Assembly (NCBI GenBank): GCA_964562175.1
Contig: CAZLRV010000005.1
Location: forward strand, 34,375 to 98,374
Source of the DNA: an uncultured Lachnospiraceae bacterium
GTDB lineage: Bacteria > Bacillota > Clostridia > Oscillospirales > CAG-272
Direction: 5' to 3'
Length of the DNA stretch: 64,000 nt
Shown: positions 1-9,107 of the stretch, one piece after another
How the letters are laid out: each line of letters opens with the position of its first letter
Position numbering within the stretch: the stretch's first letter is position 1
Made by a program: the position numbers and the translations under genes
Notes under the pieces: generated by a model
Databases searched by the model: none
Told to the model about the DNA's origin: nothing
What the model saw: only the letters and a program-made list of their open reading frames with translations

Positions 1-1
1 C

Positions 2-517
2 AGCGTCGGACTTGATAAGCTTCTGATAATGCCGACGTATATATCACCGCACAAAAAGCTGAGCGACGGGGACGACCCGCAGCTTAGGCTGAAAATGCTT
101 CAAGGTGTGTTCGATGATGAGCGAATAGAGATATCGGACTATGAAATAGCAAAAAAAGGTGTCAGCTATACCGTCGATACACTTACGCATTATTCGACGT
201 TGTGCGAGCGGCTGTTTTTCCTCGTCGGTACGGATATGCTCTTGTCGCTCGACCGTTGGCGTGAGCCGGAGAAGATTCTGAAGCTGTGTACGATAGTATG
301 CCTTATACGGCAGAACGATGACAGAGAGAGGATAAGAGCGAAAAAGGACGAGCTTACACGGCTTTACGGCGGGGAGATCCTTTTGCCGCAATATACGCCA
401 TATGAGGTGTCAAGCACCGAGATCCGTCAAATGGTGCGTTGCGGTGAGGATATATCACACCTCGTGCCGAGGTGCGTTGCGGAGTATATTGAAAAATATG
501 GCTTATACGGAAAATGA
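2..517 (+). CDS. nadD: nicotinate-nucleotide adenylyltransferase, 5' end cut by window edge
   Basis: The frame is open from position 2 (SVGLDKLLIMPTYISPHK...). The C-terminal ...SSTEIRQMV... region is typical of NadD. It is followed by yqeK and rsfS, the usual Firmicute order. Confidence 0.85.
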   Translation, partial: SVGLDKLLIMPTYISPHKKLSDGDDPQLRLKMLQGVFDDERIEISDYEIAKKGVSYTVDTLTHYSTLCERLFFLVGTDMLLSLDRWREPEKILKLCTIVCLIRQNDDRERIRAKKDELTRLYGGEILLPQYTPYEVSSTEIRQMVRCGEDISHLVPRCVAEYIEKYGLYGK

Positions 518-1553
518 TATCGAATATCTGAAAAAAGAAATAGAAAAATACGAGAGCGGAAACCGATTGTTACACAGCCTATCCGTCGAGCAATGCGCAA
601 AGGAGCTATGCAAAACGCAGGGTATAAGCGGTCAGGCTGAGCTTAAGATACGTATTGCCGCATTGCTTCACGATATCACAAAGCAAGAGAGGGATCAAAG
701 AGAGCTGTTTGACAGTCTCGGGATGATCTTTACCGAAAACGACAGACTCTCCTCCCAAACGCTCCACGCAAGAACGGGGGCGTATATGGCGAAAAAATTA
801 TATCCCACACTCGTTGACGGGCAGATAGCGGATATGATATACTGCCACTGCACCGGCAAGAAAACTATGAGTATCGGCGAGAAGATCGTGTTTTTAGCCG
901 ATTATATCGAGCCGAGACGTGAGCATGAGGCGTGTAAAAGGCTGAGAAAATACTATTTTTCTCATAAAAATGAAAAAAATCCGTCAGATATACTTGACAC
1001 GGCGGTATTTTTGGCGTATGATTTAACGGTGAGGGACTTGACGGGCAAGGGGGCGTTTATTCACCCCGATACGCTTGAGGGTCTTGAGTATGCGAAAAAA
1101 TGCATAAATGCAGATGAAAGGAAAATTATGGAAGAAATAAACGAGATGACAGCTACCGCCGAGGGCGAGGTGCGTTCGCTTACAAACGCCGAGCCGAAGG
1201 AGATAGCACAGGCGATAGCCGAGATACTTGACAACAAAAAAGCGAGAGATATAAAGATATTGTCGGTAAACGACCGCACGGTGATAGCGGATTATTTCGT
1301 TATCGCAACGGCTAACTCGTCAACACAGGTAAAATCGCTTGCCGACGAGGTCGAGTATAAGCTCGGACTTGCTGGGCTGACACCGCACCATGTAGACGGT
1401 ATGGGCAATTCCGAGTGGACAGTGCTTGATTTTGCCTGCGTTATAGTTCATGTGTTCTTGAAGAGCGCAAGAGAGTTCTACAAGCTTGACAGACTTTGGG
1501 AGAATGCACTTGAGTTGAATGAAGAAAAAGAAAACGACGGCGACGTTCAATAA
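498..1553 (+). CDS. in-frame fusion of YqeK-type HD phosphohydrolase and ribosome silencing factor RsfS
   Basis: ATG at 498 ([11 protein letters not shown]...). The N-terminal ~200 aa carry an HD-domain signature (AALLHDITK ... [10 protein letters not shown]). The C-terminal ~115 aa are RsfS/iojap-like ([15 protein letters not shown]...[22 protein letters not shown]...[14 protein letters not shown]...[10 protein letters not shown]). No stop codon separates the two parts. The track start at 402 overlaps nadD and is unlikely. Confidence 0.8.
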   Translation: MAYTENDIEYLKKEIEKYESGNRLLHSLSVEQCAKELCKTQGISGQAELKIRIAALLHDITKQERDQRELFDSLGMIFTENDRLSSQTLHARTGAYMAKKLYPTLVDGQIADMIYCHCTGKKTMSIGEKIVFLADYIEPRREHEACKRLRKYYFSHKNEKNPSDILDTAVFLAYDLTVRDLTGKGAFIHPDTLEGLEYAKKCINADERKIMEEINEMTATAEGEVRSLTNAEPKEIAQAIAEILDNKKARDIKILSVNDRTVIADYFVIATANSSTQVKSLADEVEYKLGLAGLTPHHVDGMGNSEWTVLDFACVIVHVFLKSAREFYKLDRLWENALELNEEKENDGDVQ

Positions 1554-1573
1554 ATAAAAAAGAGGTCGAAAAA

Positions 1574-3976
1574 GTGAAATACGATTACACATCTATCGAA
1601 AAAAAATGGCAAGGTATATGGGACGAAAAGCACGCCTTTGAGGCAAGCAACGATTACAGCAAGCCCAAATATTTTGCCTTGGTGGAATTTCCTTACCCAT
1701 CGGGTCAGGGACTTCATATAGGACATCCCCGTCCCTATACGGCACTTGATATAGTATCGAGAAAAAAGCGTATGCAGGGCTACAACGTGCTTTTCCCGAT
1801 GGGCTGGGATGCGTTCGGTCTGCCTACGGAGAACTATGCGATAAAAAACAAGATACATCCCCGTATTGTTACGGAGAATAACGTAAAACGCTTCAAGGCT
1901 CAGCTCAAAATGCTCGGTCTTTCGTTCGATTGGAGCAGGGAGATAAACACGACGGACCCCGAATATTACAAATGGACTCAATGGATATTTTTGCAGCTTT
2001 TCAAGCACGGACTTGCATACAAGAAGGAAATGGCGGTCAATTTCTGTACCTCCTGTAAGGTCGTTTTGGCAAATGAGGAGGTCGTAAACGGCGTGTGCGA
2101 GCGTTGCGGCTCAGAGGTGATTCGCAAGGTCAAGAGCCAATGGATGCTTAAGATAACGGATTACGCCGACAGACTTATAGATGACCTTGAACCGCTCGAC
2201 TTTATCGAGCGTGTTAAGACACAGGAAATAAATTGGATAGGTCGCTCCTACGGCGCAGAGGTGGATTTCAACACGACATCGGAGGATAAGATAAGAGTAT
2301 TCACAACACGTCCCGACACACTGTTCGGTGCAACGTATATGGTAATGGCTCCGGAGCATAAGCTCATCGACAAATGGCAAGACAAGCTTGAAAACTACGA
2401 CGAGGTGCTTAAATACCGTGCCGACGCGGCGAAAAAATCCGATTTTGAGAGAACGGAGCTTGCAAAGGACAAGACCGGCGTAAGATTGCTCGGCGTATCT
2501 GCGATAAACCCCGTGACGGGCAAGGAGATACCTATATTTATATCGGACTACGTGCTTGCAACCTACGGTACCGGTGCGATAATGGCAGTGCCGGCACACG
2601 ATACACGAGATTGGGAGTTTGCAAAGAAATTCGATCTGCCGATAATCGAGGTGGTTGCCGGCGGCGATGTTCAAAACGAGCCGTTTACGGACGTTGCGAC
2701 GGGTAATATGGTAAATTCCGGTTTTCTTGACGGTTTGAGCGTCGAGGAAGCGAAAAAGAAGATAATCGAATATTTGACCGAGCAGGGAATAGGCGAGAAA
2801 AAGACTAATTTCAAGCTTCGTGATTGGGTCTTTTCACGTCAACGCTATTGGGGTGAGCCTGTGCCGCTCGTTTATTGCGAAAAATGCGGCTGGGTGCCGA
2901 TACCTGAGGAGGAGCTTCCGCTCATGCTCCCCGAGCTTGATGCATACGAGCCTACCGACAACGGTGAGTCACCGCTTTCAAAAGCGGAGGAATGGGTGCA
3001 TACAAAATGCCCGCACTGCGGCGGCGATGCGGTAAGAGAAACGGACACCATGCCCAACTGGGCGGGCTCGTCCTGGTACTTCCTGCGTTATTGCGACCCG
3101 AACAACAAGGATGCGCTTGCAAGCAAGGAGGCACTTGACTATTGGATGCCCGTTGATTGGTATAACGGCGGTATGGAGCATGTGACACTGCATTTGCTCT
3201 ATTCGAGATTTTGGTCTAAGTTCCTTTACGATATAGGCGTGCTGTCCTGCAAGGAGCCTTATTTGAAGCGTACCGCACACGGTATGATACTCGGCGAGAA
3301 CGGGGAAAAAATGTCCAAGTCGAGAGGAAATGTCATAAATCCCGATGATATAGTAAGAGATTACGGCGCAGACTCACTGCGATTGTACGAAATGTTTATC
3401 GGCGATTTTGAAAAATCCGCTCCGTGGTCACAGGCAAGCATAAAGGGCTGTCGCCGCTTCCTTGAAAGAGTTGCCGCTCTTACCGATATGGCAAAGGGCA
3501 ACGGCGTTACACCGAGCCTTGAAAACGCATTCCATAAGACCGTTAAAAAGGTTACCGAGGATATAGACGGAATGAAGTTCAATACCGCAATAGCGGCACT
3601 TATGAGCTTGATAAACGAGATATATTCGGCAGGTACACTGACCGTTGACGAGCTGAAAACATTCACGCTCTTGCTTTGCCCGTTTGCTCCGCACCTTTGC
3701 GAGGAGATATGGCAGAGTGTGGGCGGGGAGGGCTTATGCTCGCTCGCTCCCTGGCCGAGCTATGACGAGAGCAAGACGGTGGACGATACCGTAACGATAG
3801 GCGTACAGGTCAACGGCAAGATGAGAGGCACGGTGGATATTTCAAAGGATGCCGATAAGCAGAGTGCCATGGCGGCGGCACGTGCAAACCCGAAAGTAAG
3901 TACACAGCTTGAGGGTAAGACGGTCGTAAAAGAGATATACGTACCCGGTAAGATAATCAACATAGTGGTTAAATAA
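1574..3976 (+). CDS. leuS: leucine--tRNA ligase
   Basis: 800 aa with a GTG start. It has the HIGH motif (GLHIGHP), the KMSKS motif and a CP1 editing region, with full-length class I LeuRS architecture. Confidence 0.97.
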   Translation: MKYDYTSIEKKWQGIWDEKHAFEASNDYSKPKYFALVEFPYPSGQGLHIGHPRPYTALDIVSRKKRMQGYNVLFPMGWDAFGLPTENYAIKNKIHPRIVTENNVKRFKAQLKMLGLSFDWSREINTTDPEYYKWTQWIFLQLFKHGLAYKKEMAVNFCTSCKVVLANEEVVNGVCERCGSEVIRKVKSQWMLKITDYADRLIDDLEPLDFIERVKTQEINWIGRSYGAEVDFNTTSEDKIRVFTTRPDTLFGATYMVMAPEHKLIDKWQDKLENYDEVLKYRADAAKKSDFERTELAKDKTGVRLLGVSAINPVTGKEIPIFISDYVLATYGTGAIMAVPAHDTRDWEFAKKFDLPIIEVVAGGDVQNEPFTDVATGNMVNSGFLDGLSVEEAKKKIIEYLTEQGIGEKKTNFKLRDWVFSRQRYWGEPVPLVYCEKCGWVPIPEEELPLMLPELDAYEPTDNGESPLSKAEEWVHTKCPHCGGDAVRETDTMPNWAGSSWYFLRYCDPNNKDALASKEALDYWMPVDWYNGGMEHVTLHLLYSRFWSKFLYDIGVLSCKEPYLKRTAHGMILGENGEKMSKSRGNVINPDDIVRDYGADSLRLYEMFIGDFEKSAPWSQASIKGCRRFLERVAALTDMAKGNGVTPSLENAFHKTVKKVTEDIDGMKFNTAIAALMSLINEIYSAGTLTVDELKTFTLLLCPFAPHLCEEIWQSVGGEGLCSLAPWPSYDESKTVDDTVTIGVQVNGKMRGTVDISKDADKQSAMAAARANPKVSTQLEGKTVVKEIYVPGKIINIVVK

Positions 3977-3987
3977 TATATTCGGCA

Positions 3988-4034
3988 TTACCCTTGCGGT
4001 CTTTTGAAAAAAACGCAAGGGTAATTGCATTTTG
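3988..4034 (+). terminator. hairpin downstream of leuS (probable terminator)
   Basis: A 12-bp perfect stem, attacccttgcg (3988-3999) pairing with cgcaagggtaat (4014-4025), has a 14-nt A-rich loop and is followed by tgcatttt. The U-tract is weak. Confidence 0.5.
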
Positions 4035-4043
4035 AGGTGAAAA

Positions 4044-4553
4044 ATGAAAATAGGCGATAATATCATATACGCCCTGCGGTGGTTCAACGCACTGTTTTTC
4101 GCACTGCTTGCGGCTCTGCTTTTTTCACTCGGCTTTGCCGTATTTTCGGCAGGTGCGGTTCTCGGTGGGGATATTATACCGAGCGAGTATAAAGCGTTTA
4201 TTTACCTTGGGGCAATAGTGCTTTTTGTTCTCGGCACGCTCCTTTTTCTGCTGACTCGTCCGATGCTCGGCGATCCCATTCTGCCGCTTTTGCCCTGCGG
4301 TGTCGGCGGTGGCTTCGCATCGGCATCTCTGTTATATCTTTCCTCACTTGTAAATGATGTGGGTGAGCTTATCACATTCTTGCTCGGTGAGACTTTACAG
4401 CTCGATATCTCCCGTCTTGATAAACTGAGAGGTATGCTTACGGGCGAGGGGATAGTACTTGCGGTGCTTGCCGCGCTGTGTGTCGGTATTGTCATAACGC
4501 TTGCAATAATGGGTGCGGTGAAAAATAAAAGCGAGATTAAGCACAATAATTAA
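4044..4553 (+). CDS. hypothetical integral membrane protein (about 4 TM segments)
   Basis: 169-aa ORF with hydrophobic stretches (ALFFALLAALLFSLGFAVF, IYLGAIVLFVLGTLLFLL, GIVLAVLAALCVGIVITLAIMGA) and an RBS gaggtg upstream. I recognise no family. Confidence 0.6.
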   Translation: MKIGDNIIYALRWFNALFFALLAALLFSLGFAVFSAGAVLGGDIIPSEYKAFIYLGAIVLFVLGTLLFLLTRPMLGDPILPLLPCGVGGGFASASLLYLSSLVNDVGELITFLLGETLQLDISRLDKLRGMLTGEGIVLAVLAALCVGIVITLAIMGAVKNKSEIKHNN

Positions 4554-4562
4554 AATTTCATC

Positions 4563-4591
4563 TTGACACGTTTGAAAATTCGTGTTATAAT
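4563..4591 (+). promoter_or_regulatory. consensus sigma-A promoter with extended -10
   Basis: TTGACA (4563-4568), a 17-nt spacer and TGtTATAAT (4583-4591), 35 nt upstream of the ATG at 4626, which is preceded by the RBS taggagggg. Confidence 0.75.
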
Positions 4592-4625
4592 AACTACATA
4601 TGAAATGCGGTAGGAGGGGTAGAAA

Positions 4626-5504
4626 ATGAGCTACGAATGTCGATATAGCATCGGTGGGCTTGATTTTACCGTTATCTCACCCTGCCGTATAACCTTCACG
4701 GAAACGATGCTCGGTCAATACGCCTCAAGCGGTGCTTTGACCGACGGTGCCGTGTACGAAATATGCCCGATAGGCAAGGGAGATAGGGTACTTACAGATG
4801 AAGCGCGCCTTGTATACTCCGGTGCGGGATGTGATATATTCCGCGACGGGGGCAATGTTGTAAGGCGGTTCGCAATAAGCGAATATCATGGCACCTTCTA
4901 TCTGTATCTTCTGCGTGCCTCGGACGATCGTACACACTATAAAATGCTTGTTGAGGGCGATAAGCTCGATATTCTCAAGGACAGCTACAGATTTATAAAT
5001 ATGATGGCTGTTGAAGAGGTATTATCGATGCACCGTGCCTTGATATTGCACTCGGTCTATATGAATTGCGACGGCAAAGCCGTGCTTCTTTCCGCACCCT
5101 CGGGTACGGGCAAGACAACGCACTCACTGCTGTGGCAAAAGCAGTACGGGACGGAGATAGTGAACGGTGACCGCGCAATCGTGAAATGCGAGAGGGAAGG
5201 AGTATTTGCATACGGCTTGCCGTATACAGGCTCCTCGGGTATAGGCTTGAATAAGCGATTGCCGATAGAGGCAATAGTTATTCTGAAACGCGGCGAGAAA
5301 AACAGTGCCGCATTCGCCACGCCTGCGCAGGCGTTTCGCGGTCTTTATACCGAATGCATCGTCAATACGTGGGATGAGATGTGCGTTACAGAGGCGACCG
5401 AAATCTTGACGTCCTTGATTGCCTGTGTTAATACCGTTGTTTTGCGGTGTAATATGGAGACAGAGGCGGCGGCTGTGTTGAAAAAAAGTATTTTTAAGGA
5501 GTAG
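4626..5504 (+). CDS. HPr-kinase-like P-loop protein (ScmC-like, peptide/protein-modification-associated type); function unknown
   Basis: 292 aa with the P-loop LLSAPSGTGKTTHSLLW (nt 5094-5120) followed by EIVNGDRAIV...GLPYTGSSG. By eye this layout matches HprK C-terminal-domain-like proteins. The N-terminal half is unrecognised. Confidence 0.5.
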   Translation: MSYECRYSIGGLDFTVISPCRITFTETMLGQYASSGALTDGAVYEICPIGKGDRVLTDEARLVYSGAGCDIFRDGGNVVRRFAISEYHGTFYLYLLRASDDRTHYKMLVEGDKLDILKDSYRFINMMAVEEVLSMHRALILHSVYMNCDGKAVLLSAPSGTGKTTHSLLWQKQYGTEIVNGDRAIVKCEREGVFAYGLPYTGSSGIGLNKRLPIEAIVILKRGEKNSAAFATPAQAFRGLYTECIVNTWDEMCVTEATEILTSLIACVNTVVLRCNMETEAAAVLKKSIFKE

Positions 5505-5509
5505 AGTAA

Positions 5510-7981
5510 ATGAAGAGAGTATTGAAAATGATATGCTCTTTAGCTCTTGCAGCCTGCATAACGGTCGGAATGTACCCCATGACGGCACAGGCGGCAATAG
5601 ACGCAAAGGAGTATTGTACACCTATATTGAAGCAGTATACCACATCGGGCGGCACATGGAAGCCCTCCTCCGATATGCGTATCTATCTTGCGCAAGAGAA
5701 TGCACCGAGCGATAATATTAAGAGCATGATGGGTGTTATATCGGAGCAGTTTAAGGAAAAGGGCTATGCCACAGCTCAGATCCCCGTGCTTTACGGAACC
5801 TCGGCTGCGGCAAAGAATACCGATATTCTTATAGTTAAGGGCGAGACGGGCGTGCCGACAAGCCTTAAGGAGGGCATACAAAACCAAAGCTATAAGATAG
5901 AGATAGGCACCAATGTTAAGATAACATATAAGTCCGAGGTCGGCATTTTCTATGCATTCACCACAATGCTTCAAGTGCTTACCTACACCGGCGGCACATT
6001 GCCCTGCGGTGAGATAATCGACTATCCCGACACCGAGATACGTGCCGCACAGATAGACATTGCACGTAAATATTACACTCCCGAATGGCTCAAGAATTAC
6101 ATAAAAGAACTTTCATGGCTTAAGTATAACGAAATAACTTTTCATATATCCGAAGACCAAGGAATGAGGCTTGAAAGCAAGACATATCCCGGATATGCCG
6201 GAAGCAGACTTTTGCAAACATATATAAATGCGAAGATAACAGACCCCGATGCCGGCAAATTTTTGACTCAGGAGCAAATGGCGGATATAGTTAAGACCGC
6301 ATTCCAATATCAGCTCGATGTTGTACCGTCCTTTGACAGCCCCGGTCACATGAACTATCTTTTGGGTAAGCATTACGAAAAAACAAATACCAATTTAGGC
6401 AACTCATTTACATACGGCGGTAAAACCTATCAGCCGAGCATTTCCGAGTACAGAGTACGTGCCATAGACTTGTCAAATGCCGCGTCAAGACAATTTGCAA
6501 TGGACTTTTACAATGAATTCGGTAAATTCTTTGCCGACCTCGGCTGTACAAAATTCAATATCGGCGGTGACGAGTTGTTTGGCTGGAATAAAACAGAGCT
6601 TGCCGGTCAGACCTTCTTCATAACCGGCGGTGTCTCAAGTACAACTTATAAAGCAAATTGGGAAGCAAATACCCATTGGGCGAAATATGCTCAAGATACA
6701 CTTAAAATAACAAACGGTACGGCTTACGATACATTTATCAGCTATATGAACGAGGTGGCTGACACACTTAAGACAAAATACGGCTACAAGACCATTCGTT
6801 GCTTCAGCGATGAGATATACCATCCCGCAGGCTCGACGAACGCTCATGTTTCGCTGAATGATGATATAGAAATATGCTTCTGGAGCAATGCGACAAGTTA
6901 TTTTGAAGAATTTGCGACATTTACGGCAAATAACAGGAAGCTTCTTAACTGCATTGAGGATAACGCTTATTATGTTCTTACGGTAGACGATAGCAAGAAC
7001 AAAAAATCATTCGATACTCTGCATCCGGCAATGGCAAACGGAGGCGAGAAGATATATAACAATTGGAACAGCTCCACGTTCTATGAGGCGGGAGCGACAA
7101 AATATACATCAAATGTTATAGCAACAAGCTCACAGTATAATGTAGGTTCTGTATTCTTCATTTGGGGCGATACTCCGTGGGTCGAAACGGAAAGTGAGAT
7201 GATTGCCAATCTAAAGCCGCTTATCCGCACCTTCTCGGCTAAAATGTGGGCATCGAATTCAAACAGTAATTTGACCTACAGCGAGTTTAAGACCGTATAC
7301 AATAAGATAGGCTCGGCACCGCTGTACGGCATTAGTGCGACGGTTGCTCCCGTTGCGCCGGTAAGAGGCGATAAGCAATCGACGATAACCGTAAATTACT
7401 ATATATCCGGCACGAAAACGGCACTTACGCAAAGCACGTCCATGACGGATTATGTAGGCAAGCCCTACGATGTTATAGTACCGAATATAGAAGAATACAG
7501 TTATATCGGATGTGACGGCAATTTGTCGGGCTACTATGCCGAGAATAATATGACGATAAACGTATATTACGTAAAGGTAGACAGAGGCTCGCTCAAGGAC
7601 TATGTGGATCACTTCATACCGAACGATTTCGTAACCGCCGATTACGGCGATTATCTGAATGCATGGTATGCGGCAAAGGCAGTGCTTGAAAAGTCATCGG
7701 CAACAAAGGAAGAGGTCGAAAAGGCGATAAAAGACATTAAGACCATAACCGAGGGAATGAAGAAGAAGCAGGTAAGCATAACCATAATATTCCGTGATAC
7801 GCAAGGCAATGAATTGCACGCAAGCATTACAAAATCCGTTGATGTTGCAAGCGATTACGATCTTTCCTCGGAGATAAATGCCGTAACGGAAAAGCTGGGA
7901 CGGTCGAACTTTAAGTACGTGCAAGGCTCCGTTGCGGGATATATCTCCGCTACGCCCAAGACCGTAATAATTACATACTGA
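5510..7981 (+). CDS. secreted GH20 beta-N-acetylhexosaminidase / lacto-N-biosidase-like enzyme with C-terminal MucBP-like and FIVAR-like modules
   Basis: Signal peptide MKRVLKMICSLALAACITVGMYPMTAQA. GH20 motifs are present: IDYPDTEIRAAQIDIARKY, VVPSFDSPGHM, and FNIGGDELFGW with the catalytic D-E pair. The tail at nt 7379-7978 is MucBP-like (TITVNYY...INVYYVKV), then a FIVAR-like helix (YGDYLNAWYAAKAVLEKSSATKEEVEKAIKDI), then a second MucBP-like unit (VSITIIFRDTQGNEL...KTVIITY). Confidence 0.85.
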   Translation: MKRVLKMICSLALAACITVGMYPMTAQAAIDAKEYCTPILKQYTTSGGTWKPSSDMRIYLAQENAPSDNIKSMMGVISEQFKEKGYATAQIPVLYGTSAAAKNTDILIVKGETGVPTSLKEGIQNQSYKIEIGTNVKITYKSEVGIFYAFTTMLQVLTYTGGTLPCGEIIDYPDTEIRAAQIDIARKYYTPEWLKNYIKELSWLKYNEITFHISEDQGMRLESKTYPGYAGSRLLQTYINAKITDPDAGKFLTQEQMADIVKTAFQYQLDVVPSFDSPGHMNYLLGKHYEKTNTNLGNSFTYGGKTYQPSISEYRVRAIDLSNAASRQFAMDFYNEFGKFFADLGCTKFNIGGDELFGWNKTELAGQTFFITGGVSSTTYKANWEANTHWAKYAQDTLKITNGTAYDTFISYMNEVADTLKTKYGYKTIRCFSDEIYHPAGSTNAHVSLNDDIEICFWSNATSYFEEFATFTANNRKLLNCIEDNAYYVLTVDDSKNKKSFDTLHPAMANGGEKIYNNWNSSTFYEAGATKYTSNVIATSSQYNVGSVFFIWGDTPWVETESEMIANLKPLIRTFSAKMWASNSNSNLTYSEFKTVYNKIGSAPLYGISATVAPVAPVRGDKQSTITVNYYISGTKTALTQSTSMTDYVGKPYDVIVPNIEEYSYIGCDGNLSGYYAENNMTINVYYVKVDRGSLKDYVDHFIPNDFVTADYGDYLNAWYAAKAVLEKSSATKEEVEKAIKDIKTITEGMKKKQVSITIIFRDTQGNELHASITKSVDVASDYDLSSEINAVTEKLGRSNFKYVQGSVAGYISATPKTVIITY

Positions 7982-7988
7982 GTCAAAA

Positions 7989-9071
7989 ATGAACTTAAAA
8001 AAATCATTATTATCAAAGGCGGCAATAACAAAGACACCCGCACAGGGTGTCTTTGAGCTGACTCCGCGTTGCAATATGAATTGCAAGATGTGCTATATCA
8101 GAATGACGGAGGAGGAAATGAAGCCCATCGGGCGTGAGCTTACCGCCGAGGAATGGATAAAAATATATGACGATGCCGACCGCTGCGGTCTGCTCTATCT
8201 GCTCTTTACGGGCGGTGAGGTCTTCTTAAGACCCGACTTTGAGCAAATATATTCTTATGCATACAAAAACGGTACGGTGATCTCGGTCAATACCAACGGC
8301 ACCATGCTCACCGAAAAAAACGTGCAAATGCTGCATGATATGCCGCCGGAGCACGTCAATTTGACGCTCTACGGCTCGTCCGATGAGATATATTCACGTC
8401 TGTGCGGCAACGAGCATGGCTACAGCAGGCTTATGAGAAGCTTGGAAATGCTCAAGCAGGCGGGCGTGCGTTATATGCTCAACTGCTCCGTTACGACGCA
8501 GAACATAGACGACTTGGACAATATGATAAGATGTGCCAACAAAAACGGCTGTGAGCTGAATATAGCAACATATATGTTCCCGCCCGTTCGCAAGAGTGAT
8601 GTGTGCAAAAGGTACGATAATATCAGGCTCACGCCCGAGGCGTGCGGTGAGGTGCTTGCACGATTGAATTGCAGACGTTCGCCCGACAGAATGGCGGCGT
8701 TGTACGATGCGTATGAGAATATGACCGATAGCGGTGAGGACGAGGAAATATGCCCCGATACGGGTATGCAATGTATGGCATCACGTGCAAGCTATTGGAT
8801 AACGTGGTACGGCAAAATGAAGGCGTGTGCGATGTTTGAAGAGGAATATTCACTTGATGACGGCTTTGGTACGGCGTGGAAAAAAACAGCGGAGCGCGGC
8901 GAACAAATACGTTTGCCCGCCGAATGCACCGGCTGCTCAAAGAAGAAGTTTTGCAAGAGCTGTGCGGCTGTAAACCTCGCAGAGGGCGGCGCATACGACA
9001 GTGTACCCGAATTTATGTGCAAAACTGCGGATTCTTATATCGCAAACACCAAAAAGATATTAGGCAAATAA
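7989..9071 (+). CDS. radical SAM enzyme with C-terminal SPASM/twitch-like Cys-rich domain
   Basis: The CNMNCKMC (CxxxCxxC) motif lies at residues 28-35 (nt 8070-8093), and GGEVFLRP is present. The C-terminal cysteines are CPDTGMQCMASRASYWITWYGKMKAC ... CTGCSKKKFCKSCAAV ... FMC. There is no N-terminal extension that could hold an RRE/PqqD-like domain. Confidence 0.8.
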   Translation: MNLKKSLLSKAAITKTPAQGVFELTPRCNMNCKMCYIRMTEEEMKPIGRELTAEEWIKIYDDADRCGLLYLLFTGGEVFLRPDFEQIYSYAYKNGTVISVNTNGTMLTEKNVQMLHDMPPEHVNLTLYGSSDEIYSRLCGNEHGYSRLMRSLEMLKQAGVRYMLNCSVTTQNIDDLDNMIRCANKNGCELNIATYMFPPVRKSDVCKRYDNIRLTPEACGEVLARLNCRRSPDRMAALYDAYENMTDSGEDEEICPDTGMQCMASRASYWITWYGKMKACAMFEEEYSLDDGFGTAWKKTAERGEQIRLPAECTGCSKKKFCKSCAAVNLAEGGAYDSVPEFMCKTADSYIANTKKILGK

Positions 9072-9072
9072 T

Positions 9073-9095
9073 AAAACCCCCATTCGGGGGTTTTT
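9073..9095. terminator. bidirectional rho-independent terminator
   Basis: aaaa-ccccc-attc-ggggg-ttttt lies between the convergent stops at 9071 (+) and 9108 (-). Confidence 0.85.
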
Positions 9096-9107
9096 CTTAT
9101 GTAATGC

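Noticed and set aside
402-497. Upstream extension of the yqeK/rsfS ORF to the start at 402
   Set aside because: The extension overlaps the nadD 3' end in another frame. The conserved YqeK N-terminus begins at the ATG at 498.
4598-4620. Tiny ORF MKCGRRG in the 5' UTR of the HprK-like gene as a possible RiPP precursor
   Set aside because: It has only 7 codons and no RBS, and it overlaps the RBS of the downstream gene. It is implausible as a precursor peptide.
5124-5621. 165-aa minus-strand ORF spanning the HprK-like/GH20 junction
   Set aside because: It is antisense to two plus-strand genes that have good RBSs and motifs, and it has no features of its own.
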